A DNA stretch of 64,000 nt from Octopus sinensis. Lineage: Eukaryota. The notes beneath the pieces were generated by a model, which was not told the origin of the DNA, made no database searches, and was given only the letters and a program-made list of their open reading frames with translations. The stretch covers positions 8,184,001-8,248,000 of the forward strand of contig NC_042999.1 in assembly GCF_006345805.1 (NCBI RefSeq). Direction: 5' to 3'. Both the position numbers and the translations under genes were made by a program. Positions 12,981-26,493 of this stretch are shown in pieces (the stretch's first letter is position 1; the number at the start of each line of letters is the position of its first letter).

Positions 12981-13019
<39 letters not shown>

Positions 13020-13599
13020 CACGGTGTAGGTAAAGAAATTCGAGAAATTTTAAAAGAAAATACGAAACCAGTTATTTCTCCAAAAACTATGTTACTATAC
13101 ACAAAATTTTACAACATTTTTCTAACATAACGACTTAAATATATTCTTTAACCTTATAAAACAAACCTTCTATAGTTTTTTCACTCTTTTCTATTTTCTA
13201 TATATATATATATATATATATATGCCTGTGTATTTATAAACCTATGTATAGACACTGACTTTGAATTCTTTAGTTATTCTCTGTATATCTTTTTCATTTT
13301 ATGTGACTATGTTGTATAACTTCCTTACTTTACATGCATACATACATACACAAACGTGTGTGTGTGTGTGTGTGTTTGTGTGCGTATGGATGTGTGTATA
13401 TAGATGTTCATAGTGAAATAAAAGAATGAGGAATCAATATTGCATTGTTAGATGAATAATTTTGCTTCTAATTGAATTGTGTTTGTGGTGATATGATACC
13501 AATGGTTTCATGCGTATGTATTCAATTGTCGTTTGAATGAGGGTCTGATATGAGATCATAGATGAAAGGAATTTCACCAATGATCACTGCACTTCACTC

Positions 13600-14045
13600 A
13601 TCTGCCTATGTGTGCAGTTTGTTTGTATATGTATACATGCGTGTATGTTTATGTATGTATGTATATGTATGTATGAATGTATATGTATGTATGTATGTAT
13701 ATGCATGTATGTATATGTATTTGTGCATGTGTGCATGTATGTATGTATATGTGTTTGTGTATGTGTGTATGTATGTGTGTATGTATGCATGTGTGTATGT
13801 ATGTGTGTGTATGTATGTATGCATGTGTGTATGTATGTGTGTATATGTACCTAATAATAAGTGTATATACGTATATGTGTGTATGTATATATGTATATGC
13901 ATGTACATATATGTGTATGTGTATATATGTGTGTATGTATGTACGTGTGTGTGTAAGTATGTATATGTGTGTATGTATGTGTGTATATGTACCTAACGTA
14001 AAGTGTATATACATATATGTGTGTAAGAATTTATATATGTAAAAA
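13600..14045. repeat. (TG)/(TA) compound microsatellite
   Basis: Directly visible. Similar tracts at 5140-5470, 6270-6790, 7935-8140, 10730-10965, 16500-16850, 31740-31940, 53255-53605 and 56240-56760. Confidence 0.95.
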
Positions 14046-15410
14046 CAGTATATATATTTTAAATAAAAGTCTGATTCAGCTCCACATGACTCCAAGTTTT
14101 GTGGGTGAATAGGACAAGTCCATCTGAGCAGATACTTGGAGCTTGGTCAAACTATTATTAAAAGTATATCCAGCATCTCACAAATGTGTTGAGCGCTACT
14201 CTCTTTGCGATGTTTTTTTGTGATGTTTTTATAGTTTTAATAAAAAAAAGGATATTACTCTACCTTTGGTAATTGAGTACTATTTCCCCTACAACCTTGT
14301 TTTGCATTTATTTGCTTACTCTTATACAAATGATATATAGATATAATTCTAATATTGAGAATATAATTTAGCAGAAAATATTTGCAAAGATACTATTTAC
14401 TCTCTCATTATCTGGGATAAAATAATTAAATTGCTAATAACAGAATTAATAAAATAGGTGATTGCAGGCCCCCCAAAAACTTTAAATAGCTGAAATATTA
14501 AAACTTATATTAATCAAAGGGCATACTGGGTATGCCTACCTGCTGGAAATAACAGTTAAAACTCTTCTTTAAACTGCCTTTTAAACTGCCTAAAAATAAC
14601 ATACAAGTCCAAATACTAGAAAATATAGAACTAGATGCTATTTTGGTATGTTGGCACAGATTGTCTCCCGTGCCAGTGGCCCATAAAAGGCACCATTCGA
14701 GCATGATCGTTACCAGTGTCACTTTACCGGCAGATGTTCCGGTGGCACGTGAAAAACGATATTCAGACATAGTGGTTGTCAATGCCGCTAGACTGATTCC
14801 CATGCATGTAGCACTTAATAAACACCTTTTGAGTGTGGCCGCTGCCATTACTGCCTCACTGGCCCTCGTTCCAGTGGCATGTAAAAGCACCCACTACACT
14901 CTCAAAATGGTTGGCATTAGGAAGGGCATCCACCTGTCGAAACTCTGCCAGATGAAGATTAGAGCCTGGTGCAACCTCTTGCTCACCAGTCCTCAGTCAA
15001 ACCATCCAACCCATGCCAGCATGTAAAGCGGACGTTACACGATGACGATGATGATGATGATGTATGCTCGCAGATGGTCGATTTCTGTAGTTATTGTCAG
15101 TGTTATTTTTTAGCAGTTTAAGTAAGAATTTTGAATGTTATTTCCAGCAGGTAGATATACTCAGTATGTTCTTTGATCAATCTAAATTTTAAATACATAT
15201 ATATATATATACATATATATGAACTTTACAGAAAAACAAAAGACAAAGACAATTGTATAATCAACAAGCAGGTGTATTAGTTTGACACTCAGGAAGTTGA
15301 GAAAGTCTTTTACGTTTCAAGCCTATGCTCTTTAACAGAAAGGAACACAAGGAAATAAATAGAGAAAGAATTTTAAAAAACTGTGGATTTAGTGGTGTGT
15401 GTCTGTGGTG

Positions 15411-15412
<2 letters not shown>

Positions 15413-15476
<64 letters not shown>
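15413..15476. repeat. (GATA)n tetranucleotide tract
   Basis: Directly visible; a longer one lies at 41425-41600. Confidence 0.95.
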
Positions 15477-16295
15477 TAATTATATTTATATACCAAACTA
15501 AACTGTTCACTGAGTGTCTATCTAATGTATTCAATGTGTACAGCTAATATTCTGCTGCCTTTCATGGGATTTGAAAGCTGGAATATAGGGAAACAGAACT
15601 AAGCCCTGTCATGCATTTTATCACCTTTCCAATTAAGAGTAAAACTTTAGAAAATAAAAACCTCATCATCATTTAACGTCCGTTTTCCATGCTGGCATGG
15701 ATTGGGAGGTTTGACAAGAGCTGGCAAACCGGAGGGCTACACCAGGCCCTGTTTGTTTGTTTTGGCAAGTTTCTATAGCTGGATGTCTTTCTTAACACCA
15801 GCCACTCCACAGTGTGTACTGGGTGGTTTTTATGCTATGCCAGCCCCCGTGGGGTCGGCAAGTTGCTTGCAAGACAAAGTCTTCTCAGCTGAGAGAGGGA
15901 GTGGAACTAAGAGAAGTGACCATGGGCCAGGTGTGCAGTTAGAGTATAATAAGGAGCGGGTGGGGGAAGAGATAGGGGACAACTAAGAAGAGAATTAAAG
16001 AGAAAAATAGGCAGTCAGACTGAGAGAGAGAGAGAGGTGACCTACGTACAAGGGAACAGTGGGGGTGGGGAGTATATGTAATAGAAGGGATTGAGGGGAT
16101 AATTCCATAAGAGGGTTTCTGTTTTGGCATGATTTTTATGGCCAGATGCCCTTCCTAATGCAAGCCTTTTCACAAAGTGGATTAGGTGCTTTTTATGTGG
16201 CACCAACATCACTGAGGTGTCCTTTTAATAAATCCATTCAATAAACCTTTTTAATAAATCTTTTCACTATAATTTTATCATTTGTTTTCTTTTAG

Positions 16296-16413
16296 GTTTT
16301 TGATGATGGCTCTTTGTACATCAGTAGCATTGGTATCCACCATATTGGTAATTATTCTTGCCATGACAAAGAGGACGCCAGCATTAAGCAGACGCATGTC
16401 CTCAAAGTACACA
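16296..16413 (+). CDS. FSTL5: FSTL4/5-like exon B: C-terminal half of Ig domain 1
   Basis: Acceptor tttgttttcttttag|, donor A|gtaagt, phase 0 to 1. VFDDGSLYISSIGIHHIGNYSCHDKEDASIKQTHVLKVH; DGSLYI and GNYSC match the FSTL4/5 Ig1 motifs. Confidence 0.92.
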
Positions 16414-16847
16414 GTAAGTAGAAAGATTATTTCTTTTTACCTGTAATTAGAAGAATGGATTTTGTGTTGTAACTCTGAGCATAAAAAACAAACATTAACA
16501 CACACGAGCACACACATACACACACACACTCTTACACACACACACACACACACACCTACACGTGTGTGTGCATATGTATATGTCTATGTGTGTGAAAACG
16601 TGTGTGTGTGAAAACGTGTGTGTGTGTAAATGTGTGTGTATGTGTCTGTGTAAATGTGTGTGTATGTGGGTGTGCATATGTGTGTGTATGTGTGTGTGCA
16701 TATGTGTGTGTAAATGTGTGTGTGCTTATGAGTATGTATGTGTGTGCATAAATGTGTGTGTATGTGTGTGTGTGCATATGTGTGTATGTGTATGTGTGCA
16801 TATGTGTATGTATGTGTGTGCGTAAATGTGTGTGTATGTGTGTGTGA

Positions 16848-17100
16848 AGCGCATGGCTAAGTTGTTAGGGTATTCAGCTCACAACTGTAAGGTCGTGAGT
16901 TCAATTCCCAGCATTGCATTGTGTCCTTAAGCAAGACCCTTTATTTCACCTTGCTCCAATCCACTCAACTGGCAAAAGGGAGTTTTACCTGTATTTCAAA
17001 GGGTCACCCTATTTACATTCTGTGTCATGCTGAATCTCTCTCTGAGAACTAGATTAAGTGTAGACATGTCTATGGGGTACTCAGCCACTTGTACATTAGT
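16848..17100 (+). mobile_element. tRNA-derived CORE-like SINE (family D)
   Basis: A-box-like gcatggctaagttgtta, B-box-like gagttcaattccc, then gtgtccttaagcaagac. Relatives at 17270-17405(-), 47795-48030(-), 48240-48440(+) and 54855-55200(+). Confidence 0.7.
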
Positions 17101-17449
17101 TTCTGTTCTGTTGATTGGATCAACTGGGCCCCTCATCATTGTAGTGTCAGTTTATATATATAGGGTAAAGACCCACTTCGGTCGTGAATGACCGCCACAA
17201 CACTGATGTTATGCAAGGGAAATGCAAAGGGGCCAATACAGCTCGGCCCCAGTGATGTTGCAACTCATTTCTACAGCTGAGTAAACTGAAGCAATGTGAA
17301 ATAAAGTGTCTTGCTCAAGAATACAACATACAGTCCAGCCTGGGAATTGAACTCGCTACTTCATGATTGTGAGCCTGATGCTCTAACCACTGAACCATGA
17401 GCCTTCACACACACTCACACGCATGCACATGCACATACATGCATACATA

Positions 17450-17680
17450 TATATTCAAAATGTGACCTCGTGTGTACCGTTGGCGATTTTTTTTCCTCTG
17501 TCTTCCCTTCTCTGGATCTTTCCTTTTCCTATGTTTCCGACGAAGAGCTCCACTCGAAACGTTAAACCCTCCTTCTTTCCTTCTTTCCTTCTTTCCTGAG
17601 CGTCCAATAATACTATATTTCTTCCACGTCCTCATGTTGTTGTGCTTTTTTGTGCTTTCATATTTGGATTAACCATATAT
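17450..17680 (+). mobile_element. Pyrimidine-rich Penelope-like pLTR-type repeat with a degenerate hammerhead motif
   Basis: gttt-CCGACGA-a-gag.ctcca.ctc-GAA-ACGT-T-aaac at 17533-17567. The Penelope assignment is inference. Confidence 0.5.
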
Positions 17681-17702
17681 GTATATATATATATATATAT
17701 AG

Positions 17703-17735
<33 letters not shown>

Positions 17736-17767
17736 TTTATGTATGTATGTATGTATGTATGTATGTG

Positions 17768-17801
<34 letters not shown>

Positions 17802-19919
17802 ATCCTCCACCTTCTCATCATCATCGTTTAGCGTCCGCTTTCCATGCTAGCATGGGTTGGACGGTTTGACTGGGGTCTGGGAAGCCAGGGGGCTGCACCA
17901 GGCTCCAGTCTGATCTGGCAGTGTTTCTAGAGCTGGATGCTCTTCCTAACACCAACCACTCTGAGTGTAGTGGGTGCTTTTTATGTGCCACCAGCATGGG
18001 GATCACAAGTACAATTTCTATTTGATTTTGATGTACATATGTATGCATACTTGAGTATGAAACTTGAGTACTAGGTTATCCATATTTTTTTGGCATTCCT
18101 CTAGAGATAAGACGAAAACTTTTTATATTCACTGCCCACACACATCTTTGCCTCTATACATTCAATGAAGCTTTACAATAGCATCATACGGTTATTTGAC
18201 TGCTATTTCCAACAAACCCTGGTACTGTGCCACTATTTCTTATTTATTTATAAAAAGCACCATCCGATCGTGGCTGTTTGCCAGCCTTGTCTGGCACCTG
18301 TGCCGGTGGCACGTAAAAAGCACCCACCACACTCATGGAGTGGTTGGCGTTAGGAAGGGCATCCATTTGTAGAAACATTGCCAGATCAGACTGGGCCTGG
18401 TGCAGCCTTCTGGCTCCCCAGACCCCAGTTGGACCATCCAACCCATGCCAGCATGGAAAGCGAACGCTAAACAATGATGATGATGATGATGATGATAATA
18501 TATCTCTGCATACTTCTTTCACATTTCCATCCACCGAATCCTTTCATAATACTTTGATTGGCTGGGGCTGTAATAAAAGACACACTAACCCAAGGTGCCA
18601 CAGATGTCGCACAGTGGGACTGAACCCAAAAGCCACACGGTCGGGGGGAAACGAATTTCTGAAATTGTATTTATTTCTAATTATTTCATCATTAAATAAT
18701 TCTAGTTCGAATACCATACTTTTCTAAATAGTGGCATCTGTTCTGTTTGTTATATTTCAATGCGCAAGAATTTGCTATCTTCCCAAACTGACAAGATTTG
18801 TCAATTTGATAGCATTAGCGCCGTGTATTGAAAGTGTTGTTTCAAAGATGAACTTCAAGCTTTGAAAATATCAAAAACTATGACATGGACATATATTTTT
18901 TTTTTTGTTGCTTTGTTTTACCTTAGCAATCCTCTTTTTCCCCCTTTTCCCCTTTCTTTTCTTCCTCTTTTTTCCCCTTTTCCTTTTTCCTTTCTTCCTC
19001 TTCTCCTCTCCTTTCTCTTTCTCCCTGTCTTTCGTTCAAGGATTACTCTCCTTCATTTTCGTCATAAAATGTCAGCTACATTAAATAAATACATAAGAGA
19101 ACATACATTTTTTTTAACCTGAAAATATTTTTTTTTTATTTTTCTCTATTTGTTTATTTTGATGTTTTTAAGCTTGACTTTAATGTTTCTGTTTTAATCA
19201 TTGAAAAACGTATTTTTTTCATCATACTTGATGCACACGTGTGTGAGCTTTACCTGAGCGTGTATGTATCTGAACACATATACGTACCTGTGCATATATG
19301 TGCATGTATGCCCATGTACACATCAGTAGTATGTATGTGTAAGCATGCAGTATATATATATAAGTTTATGTATGTAGTACAAATATATGTATATATATAT
19401 ATACATATAAGTATATGTATGTAGCATGTATACACATATATATGTATATATGTGAATATCTATGGGCATAAATATGTGCACACGTATTCTTTTATCTCAA
19501 CTCTTTCAAAATATGCAGTATGAAAATGAATTTTATTAACTGATTTTCTCATCTATTTAGTATGCGATATAAAACTTCAAAGGTTTCCATTTGATAAAAG
19601 TAGCAACAACAACAACAGCAGCATTAGTAGTACTAGTGGTGGTAGTGGTGGTGGTGGTGATGGTGGTAGCATTAGCGTTTCCTAAATTATGTAGGGAAAC
19701 ATATTCCTTCAAATAAAATAAATGAGACACTGTTAAATCCATGACTCCACTTTCCATAAACCCAGATTAAGGACACTAATTCGATAAGGGCCTATTTTAA
19801 AACAAAGTCCTTGGTCTATTAATCAGTTAAGGTATTATTCTCAAATGAAGTCACTACTTTTAGTCAGCTTAGGTCAGGTGTAGGGGCCATGCACTGTAGG
19901 AGTGTTTTGCTGCATTCAC

Positions 19920-20190
19920 CATATGCTGTTATGTTCCTGGGCCCTTCGGGGCAGCCCTTTGAGCAGATTCTCAATCAGTCCTCATCTCCGTGAATTAACC
20001 TCCTTGACTGCTATGACCATGTGGCAGGTGATTGACCAGTATGAGCCATCAACCCAGCCAGATCCTCAGGGAAGAGAACACAGTAAGCAGGGTCTGCCTT
20101 GGAAAATTGAGCAACATGGCCTATCAGACCGAATATGGGTTCCTGAATCTTACCTGGTACTAAAGAGTGGAGAAGGGTGTTTGGTGCTGA
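19920..20190 (-). mobile_element. Decayed non-LTR retrotransposon (RTE/RTEX-like) ORF C-terminus
   Basis: Minus strand reads ..LIGHVAQFSKADPAYCVLFPED..GQSPATWS*, resembling the RL.GHVAR....DPA..VL....GRP..TW motif; contains stops and frameshifts. Confidence 0.55.
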
Positions 20191-20876
20191 TGTTCAAACT
20201 AATTGACTCCTATACTTTTATTCAGTCTGATACTTATTCTATCAGTCTCTTTTGCTGAACTCCAAAGTTATGGGGGACATAAACAAAGCAACACCAGTTG
20301 TCGAGCTGTATAGCTCAGACATACTCATACAGACACTTACACACACACACACGCACACATGCACATGCACACATGCACACACATGCACACACACACACAT
20401 ACACAATGGACATCCCCCATCTCCTAAATTCACTCCCAAGGCACTGGTCAGCCAAGGGCTAAAGTAGACAACACAAAGTGCAGTACAGTGGGATTGAAAC
20501 CAAAACTACTTGGTTGCAAGATAAGCTTTCTAACCACACACACACACAATCACAAATGAGTGTGTGTGTGTGTGTGTGTTTGTGTGTTTGGAATAAAAAT
20601 TGAAGAACCCATTTCACTCCAAATTCCTGACTTAATGGTACTCTAAAATGTTGAGTACCATTAAAGCATGAACTCCAAGTGAAATTCTTGTTTCCTCATT
20701 TTTTTTCACCAAATATGTTGTATTCCAAGATGGTTTTAGCTGATTCTGTTTCTCCATGCAAGTCTTCTCCACTTTGAATCACTGCATTCTAATAATGGGT
20801 TGGATCTTATTAATTGAGCTCTTAATTATTATGGATTTAATTTTAGTTTTTCATGTTTATACATCAATTCTTTCTT

Positions 20877-20908
<32 letters not shown>

Positions 20909-20953
20909 CTTGTCTTTCTTCTCTCAGCCTCTCTCTTTCTCTGTCTGTCTATA

Positions 20954-21021
<68 letters not shown>

Positions 21022-21968
21022 TCTCTTTCTCCTTCTCTCAGCCTCTCTCTTTCTCTGTCTGTCTATCTGTCTGTCTGTCTGCCTGCCTGTCTCTTTCTCT
21101 CTCTCTCTCTCTGTATCAATTTACCTTTGCACTTGCTTGCATACCTGTCTCTTTTGCCCTCTGCTTCTTACCACCCTCCTGTCCAATTTGAGCACCGTCT
21201 TCCGCGGATACATAGACACACGTATATTCGCATGTGTATACTTGTGTATGTGTGTATTCGTATTCCACATCACAGGTGTAAGAGAACAGCAACAGACTAT
21301 AAGATCAATAGATATTATTGGTATGCATAGGTATGTGGTTAAGAAATCAACTTCTCAGCATTGTGGCTTGAGGTTCAATCCCTCTGTATTGTGACCAACC
21401 AATGCCTTGTAAGGAAATTTTTTTTAGATGGAAACAGAAAGAAGCCTGCTGTATGTGTGTTTGTAGGTGGGGAGCGTGGTTGCTGACAACCTGTAATAAG
21501 CAAATGTTACCATTTTTAGCTGCATGACTGTCTCTGATATTTGCTGACATTTCCTCTACTGCAAATCATAATACAGTTCGTTGCCTTTGAATTCTTCAAC
21601 AACAAAACCTGCTTCACTTGAAGAACAACGAAAGACTGGTGTCAAGAAGTGCATCCGTTTAGAATAGTTCTACCTCAAACACTCACCTTGTCTAACCCAT
21701 GCTAACATGGAACAACGGAAGTTAAACAAACAAAAGACACACACAAATACACACATACACACACGCACATGCACAGACACACACACACATTTCTGACATC
21801 TTAAGTATTTCATAAACTTCTGAGAGAATCTGAAACAATCATGTTTTTGAATGCCTTGAAGCACACACATACGTCCATTGATAATAGCTTTGAATATTTC
21901 AATATTGGTTTTGCGATTCCTTTGGTTTTATGTGTGTTCTTTGAGATATTCCAAACAGTTAATATATA

Positions 21969-22569
21969 CGAGGGAAAGTCAAAAACTATACACACTCTTG
22001 TTTTTTCAATGTATTTACACAAAAGCAAGGGACAAACAAGTACATTCTTTTTTTACATAGTCCGTTTCCTTCTTGATGCACTTGGTCCAGTGGTCCACAA
22101 CCATGCATATTCCCTCCAAGAAGAAGGTTTCCGGTTGGTCATGCAGCCATTTATGCACCGCTTCCTCCACATCTTCATCCATAGGAAATCAATGACCTCA
22201 TAAACCATCTTTGATCGGTCCAAAGATATGATAGTCGGAAGGGGCGAGATCTGGTCTGGGCTGTGGGCAGGGTGTTCCAGCCCCTCGAAACCCAATTGGT
22301 TAATGGTTTCAATGTCTTGACACACCTGACACACCTTCTGACCAGAGAAATTGGATCACTGCTCTTTGTTCTTCTTTGGTGCACATTAATGCCAATGGAG
22401 TGGCCATACTTACACTGTAAAGCCATAAAGAAAAATGGTGTGACCAGGTTCAAACTTCAATCACATGACCACAATAGCACCAACTATAAGCACACATGCG
22501 CAGAAGGTAGTGTGACAATAATAAAGGTATGTTATGGTGAAAGTGCAGATCCTTTTTGACTTCTCCTCA
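21969..22569 (-). mobile_element. Internally deleted mariner (Tc1/mariner) transposon with both TIRs and flanking TA
   Basis: TA|cgagggaaagtcaaaaact...cctttttgacttctcctca|TA. Minus strand has the N-terminal MATPLALMCTKEEQRAVIQFLWSEGV directly fused to C-terminal ETINQLGFE..EHPAHSPD/LAPSDYHIFGP..DEDVEEAVHKWLHDQPETFFLEGI..VDHWTKCIKKETDYV. Confidence 0.92.
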
Positions 22570-22619
22570 TATATGTGTGTTGGTGTTTTCAACATACAAC
22601 TATATATATATATATATGT

Positions 22620-22925
22620 ATCACGTGATCACGTGACCGACCAGTCCATCAGATGTAGTCACACATCGCTGGTCACAATGCGTTCGCATTGTTTTTAGCC
22701 TTCGAATGACGCCACCCCGCTGGCTAAGCAAGCAGGCCAACAGAAGAAAGAATGGGAGAAAGAGTGGTGAAAGAGTACAGCAGGGATCACCACCCCTTGC
22801 CGGAGCCTCGTGGAGCTTTTAGGTGTTTTCGCTCAATAAACACTCACAACGCCCAGTCTGGGAATCGAAACTGCAATCCTACGACCGCGAGTCCGCTGCC
22901 CTAACCACTGGGCCATTGCGCCTCC
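22620..22925 (-). mobile_element. tRNA-derived SINE (family E)
   Basis: Minus strand begins ggaggcgcaatggcccagtggttagggcagcggactcgcggtcgtaggattgcagtttcgattccc (A/B-box-like); flanked by (TA)n. Confidence 0.7.
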
Positions 22926-23406
22926 ACATATATATATATATATACACATATAAGCACATAGTCACTTCTCTTGGTTCCTCTCTCTCTCTCAGCTGAGGTC
23001 TCTCTGTCTTACAAGCTAGTTAGGGACCCTGTAGGTGCCACATAAAACACCCATGTTGGTGTGCTGTAAAGAGCAGCCAGTACACTTTGTAGAGTGTTTG
23101 GCATTAGGAAGGGTATGTAGCCATAGAAACCATGCCATAAAGATGACTGGAGCCTGGTGCAGCCCTCTGGCTGGCCAGCTTTTGTCAAACCATCCAACTC
23201 ATACCGACATGAAAAATGGATGGTAGAATGATGATGATGATGATGATATATACATCACTCAGGAATGTTCTAGTGAATAATAAATGTATAAAACCATTAT
23301 TAGTCATTGAGTCCTTGTATTTATATAAATTGCTTATTTACTTTGTTGCCAAAATCTTAAGTGGTTGAATATTTTCTCATGCATTCCATTTCTTTTTATT
23401 TTGCAG

Positions 23407-23565
23407 TGCCACCCAAAGTAATGGTGTCTCCTTCAACCCAGCTACACAAATCTCATTCGGATGTTGTACTCAAGTGCCATGCTGAAGGTATTCCTCGTCC
23501 AGAGTTGAGCTGGGAGATTAATGAAATGCCGCTGCCAAACAACGCCAAACATTACATTAGACAAC
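23407..23565 (+). CDS. FSTL5: FSTL4/5-like exon C: N-terminal half of Ig domain 2
   Basis: Acceptor tttttattttgcag|, donor C|gtgagt, phase 1 to 1. (M)PPKVMVSPSTQLHKSHSDVVLKCHAEGIPRPELSWEINEMPLPNNAKHYIRQ; PP.V.V.P, CHAEGIP.P and W are I-set hallmarks. Confidence 0.94.
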
Positions 23566-24215
23566 GTGAGTATTAAAACCACAATACCTTTTCTTTTTTT
23601 TTTGGTTTGAAGAATTGTTTAAGCTTATTTCTTTAAGTCAAAGAGATAATGATGAAGATGGTGATAATAATCATAATAATAATGGTTTCAAACTTTTGCG
23701 GGAGGGGATGAGTTGATTACTTCGATCCCCAATGTTCAACTGGTACTTAATTTATCGACCCTGAAAGGATGAAAGGCTAAGTCGAGCTCGGTGAAACAGC
23801 AATAATACTATTCTTTTCTACTCTAGGCACAAGGTCCAAAATTTTGAGGGAGGGGGCCAGTCGATTTGATCAACCCCAGTACACAAATGGTACTTAATTT
23901 ATCGACCCTGAAAGGATGAAGGTAAAGTCAACCTCAGTGGAATTTGAACTCAAAACATAAAGACAGATGAAATACCTATTTCTTTATTGCCCACAAGGGG
24001 CCAAATACAGAGGGGAGAAACAAGGACAGACAAACGGATTAAGTCGATTATATTGACCCCAGTGCGTAACTGGCACTTATTTAAACGACCCCGAAAGGAT
24101 GAAAGGCAAAGTCGACCTTGGTGGAATTTGAACTCAGAACGTAACGGCAGACGAAATACAGCTACGCATCTTGCCTGGCGTGCTAACATTTCTGCCAACT
24201 CACTACTTTACTACC

Positions 24216-24280
<65 letters not shown>

Positions 24281-25808
24281 TCTTAGCAGACAGTAGTGTA
24301 TTTCCAAAAGAAATGGAGAAATTAGAAAAACAAAGCTTTTGAAACGGTGTTGAACAGAATGTGTGGATTAAAAACAAACATTAACTATTACAGATGCCCT
24401 GGGAATGATTAAAAATAGATGCAGAGAAATGCATAAGCAGAAACCCCAGGATTAATACAGGGTGTTAAATCTGGATTTGGCTTTATCTAGGCTGAATCGT
24501 CATTATTTATCTAGGTTGGATGATCACAGATCTCAGCTCTTTGAAAACAGCCCATCATGACGTCAACTGGATCATTGATGTGTTTCACCCATGCCGACTC
24601 CCCATTTTTTTAACATGCATCATTATATTAATACTTTTATCATCAACATTCTAATGTGGCTTTTCAATCACAAAGGCTCTGGTGATGAGGGCTTTGCCTG
24701 CACTTAAGGCTTGCAATAAAATTCTCCTTTATGACCCCAGGGGAAATCTACTGAACTGCTCCCAATGTTGACAGAGATGCAGAACCTTCTAAATTCTATT
24801 TTGCAGTTTATGAAGGTCTGTTTCAAAAGCCGGTGCTTACATCATAAATCCATTTTTATACATGAAAACAAACGAAACACCATAATGCTATTGAGTGATA
24901 TACTCTTTTTATACTCTTTTATCTGTTTCAGTCATTTGACTGTGGCCATGCTGGAGCACCACCTTTAGTCAAACAAATCGACTCCAGGAGCCTAGTACTT
25001 ATTCTATCGCTCTCCTTTGCCGAACTGCTAAGTTACAGGGTCGTAAACACACCCGCATTGGTTGTCAAGCAATGTGGGGGGACAAACACAAATACATACA
25101 CACACATTTATATATATACATATATACGACGGACTTCTTTCAGTTTCCGTTTACCAAATCCACTCACAAGGCTTTGGTCGGCCTGAGGCTATAGTAGAAG
25201 ACACTTGCCCAAGGTGCCACGCAGTGGGACTGAACCCGGAACCATGTGGTTCATAAGCAAGCTACTTATCACACAGCCACTCCTATGCCTTTATTACATT
25301 GATATCTACTGCTATTTGGAACTAACACTATATCTGTACTAATCGTACTGGTTACTACAGACACTATAAATAATAGATCAGAGTTAATTGATAAGTGCTG
25401 TCATGACAATAAATACATCTTCAGTGATTTTATGAGATGTATCAAACTTGGTTGATACACCGAATCTAAAACAACTGTTTAACCAATAAGCTGAATGTCT
25501 GTCGATAAACATCCTACATACGCATGACAAACTGTAAGTCAATAGAGCTGGGGAAACGGAATAAAAAGTAATTTGCTCCAACAAAACTCCTGTCTGAGGA
25601 TCAGCCATATTGATATAGCTATGAAATATTATGGGATGGAATGCTTTTAGCTGGAACAGGATCAAATATGATATGTTTGTCTTTACTCCAGATACTGTGT
25701 TATGTTCGCTTTGTTCTTAAAAAAATACTTTATATGGAATAATACTAGCAGTCACACTGCATACACACACACACACTGTATGTATGTGTTTGTATGTGTG
25801 TGTGTGTA

Positions 25809-25860
<52 letters not shown>

Positions 25861-26440
25861 TACCTTTCTTTACTACCCACACGGGCTAAACACAGAGAGG
25901 ACAAACAAGGACAGACACATGGATTAAGTCGATTACATCGACCTCAGTGCGTAACTGGTACTTAATTCATCGACCCAGAAAGGATGAAAGGCAAAGTCGA
26001 CCTCGGTGGAATTTGAACTCACAACGTAAAATATATATATATATATATATATGTATATGAATCTCTGTTGATTTACCAGAAGCAATAAATTATAGGATCC
26101 AATACAAATGTAGAATATTCTTTAATATATTATGTGTGTATGTGTGTATATAATATATGTAAATAGGATAACTTTTTTGTATGTAGGATATCGTTCTATA
26201 AACTTTCTGTTAAGCTGTTCTTGAGATTCAGAGATTCAATCAACTTCAATATTTCTCATTCAATTATCCAAGTAATATTTAGACTCATAATGGCATCTAT
26301 CAACTTGGATTTCTTATTTAAAGTGTCTATTTTAAAGTTAAGGTTACTGAGGATGTAGTACTTATCAGCAAAGCAGAAGCTGCAGTAACAGACACATTTA
26401 GTACACTTGTTGCTGAAGTCAGTATAGCCCTATAATTATA

Positions 26441-26493
<53 letters not shown>

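Noticed and set aside
16848-16930. tRNA genes at SINE heads (also about 22860-22925, 48240-48305 and 54855-54920)
   Set aside because: A/B-box-like motifs run directly into SINE bodies; no complete cloverleaf seen.
24453-24620. TA-CAGGGTG, resembling a Tc1/mariner TIR start
   Set aside because: No matching inverted end found nearby.
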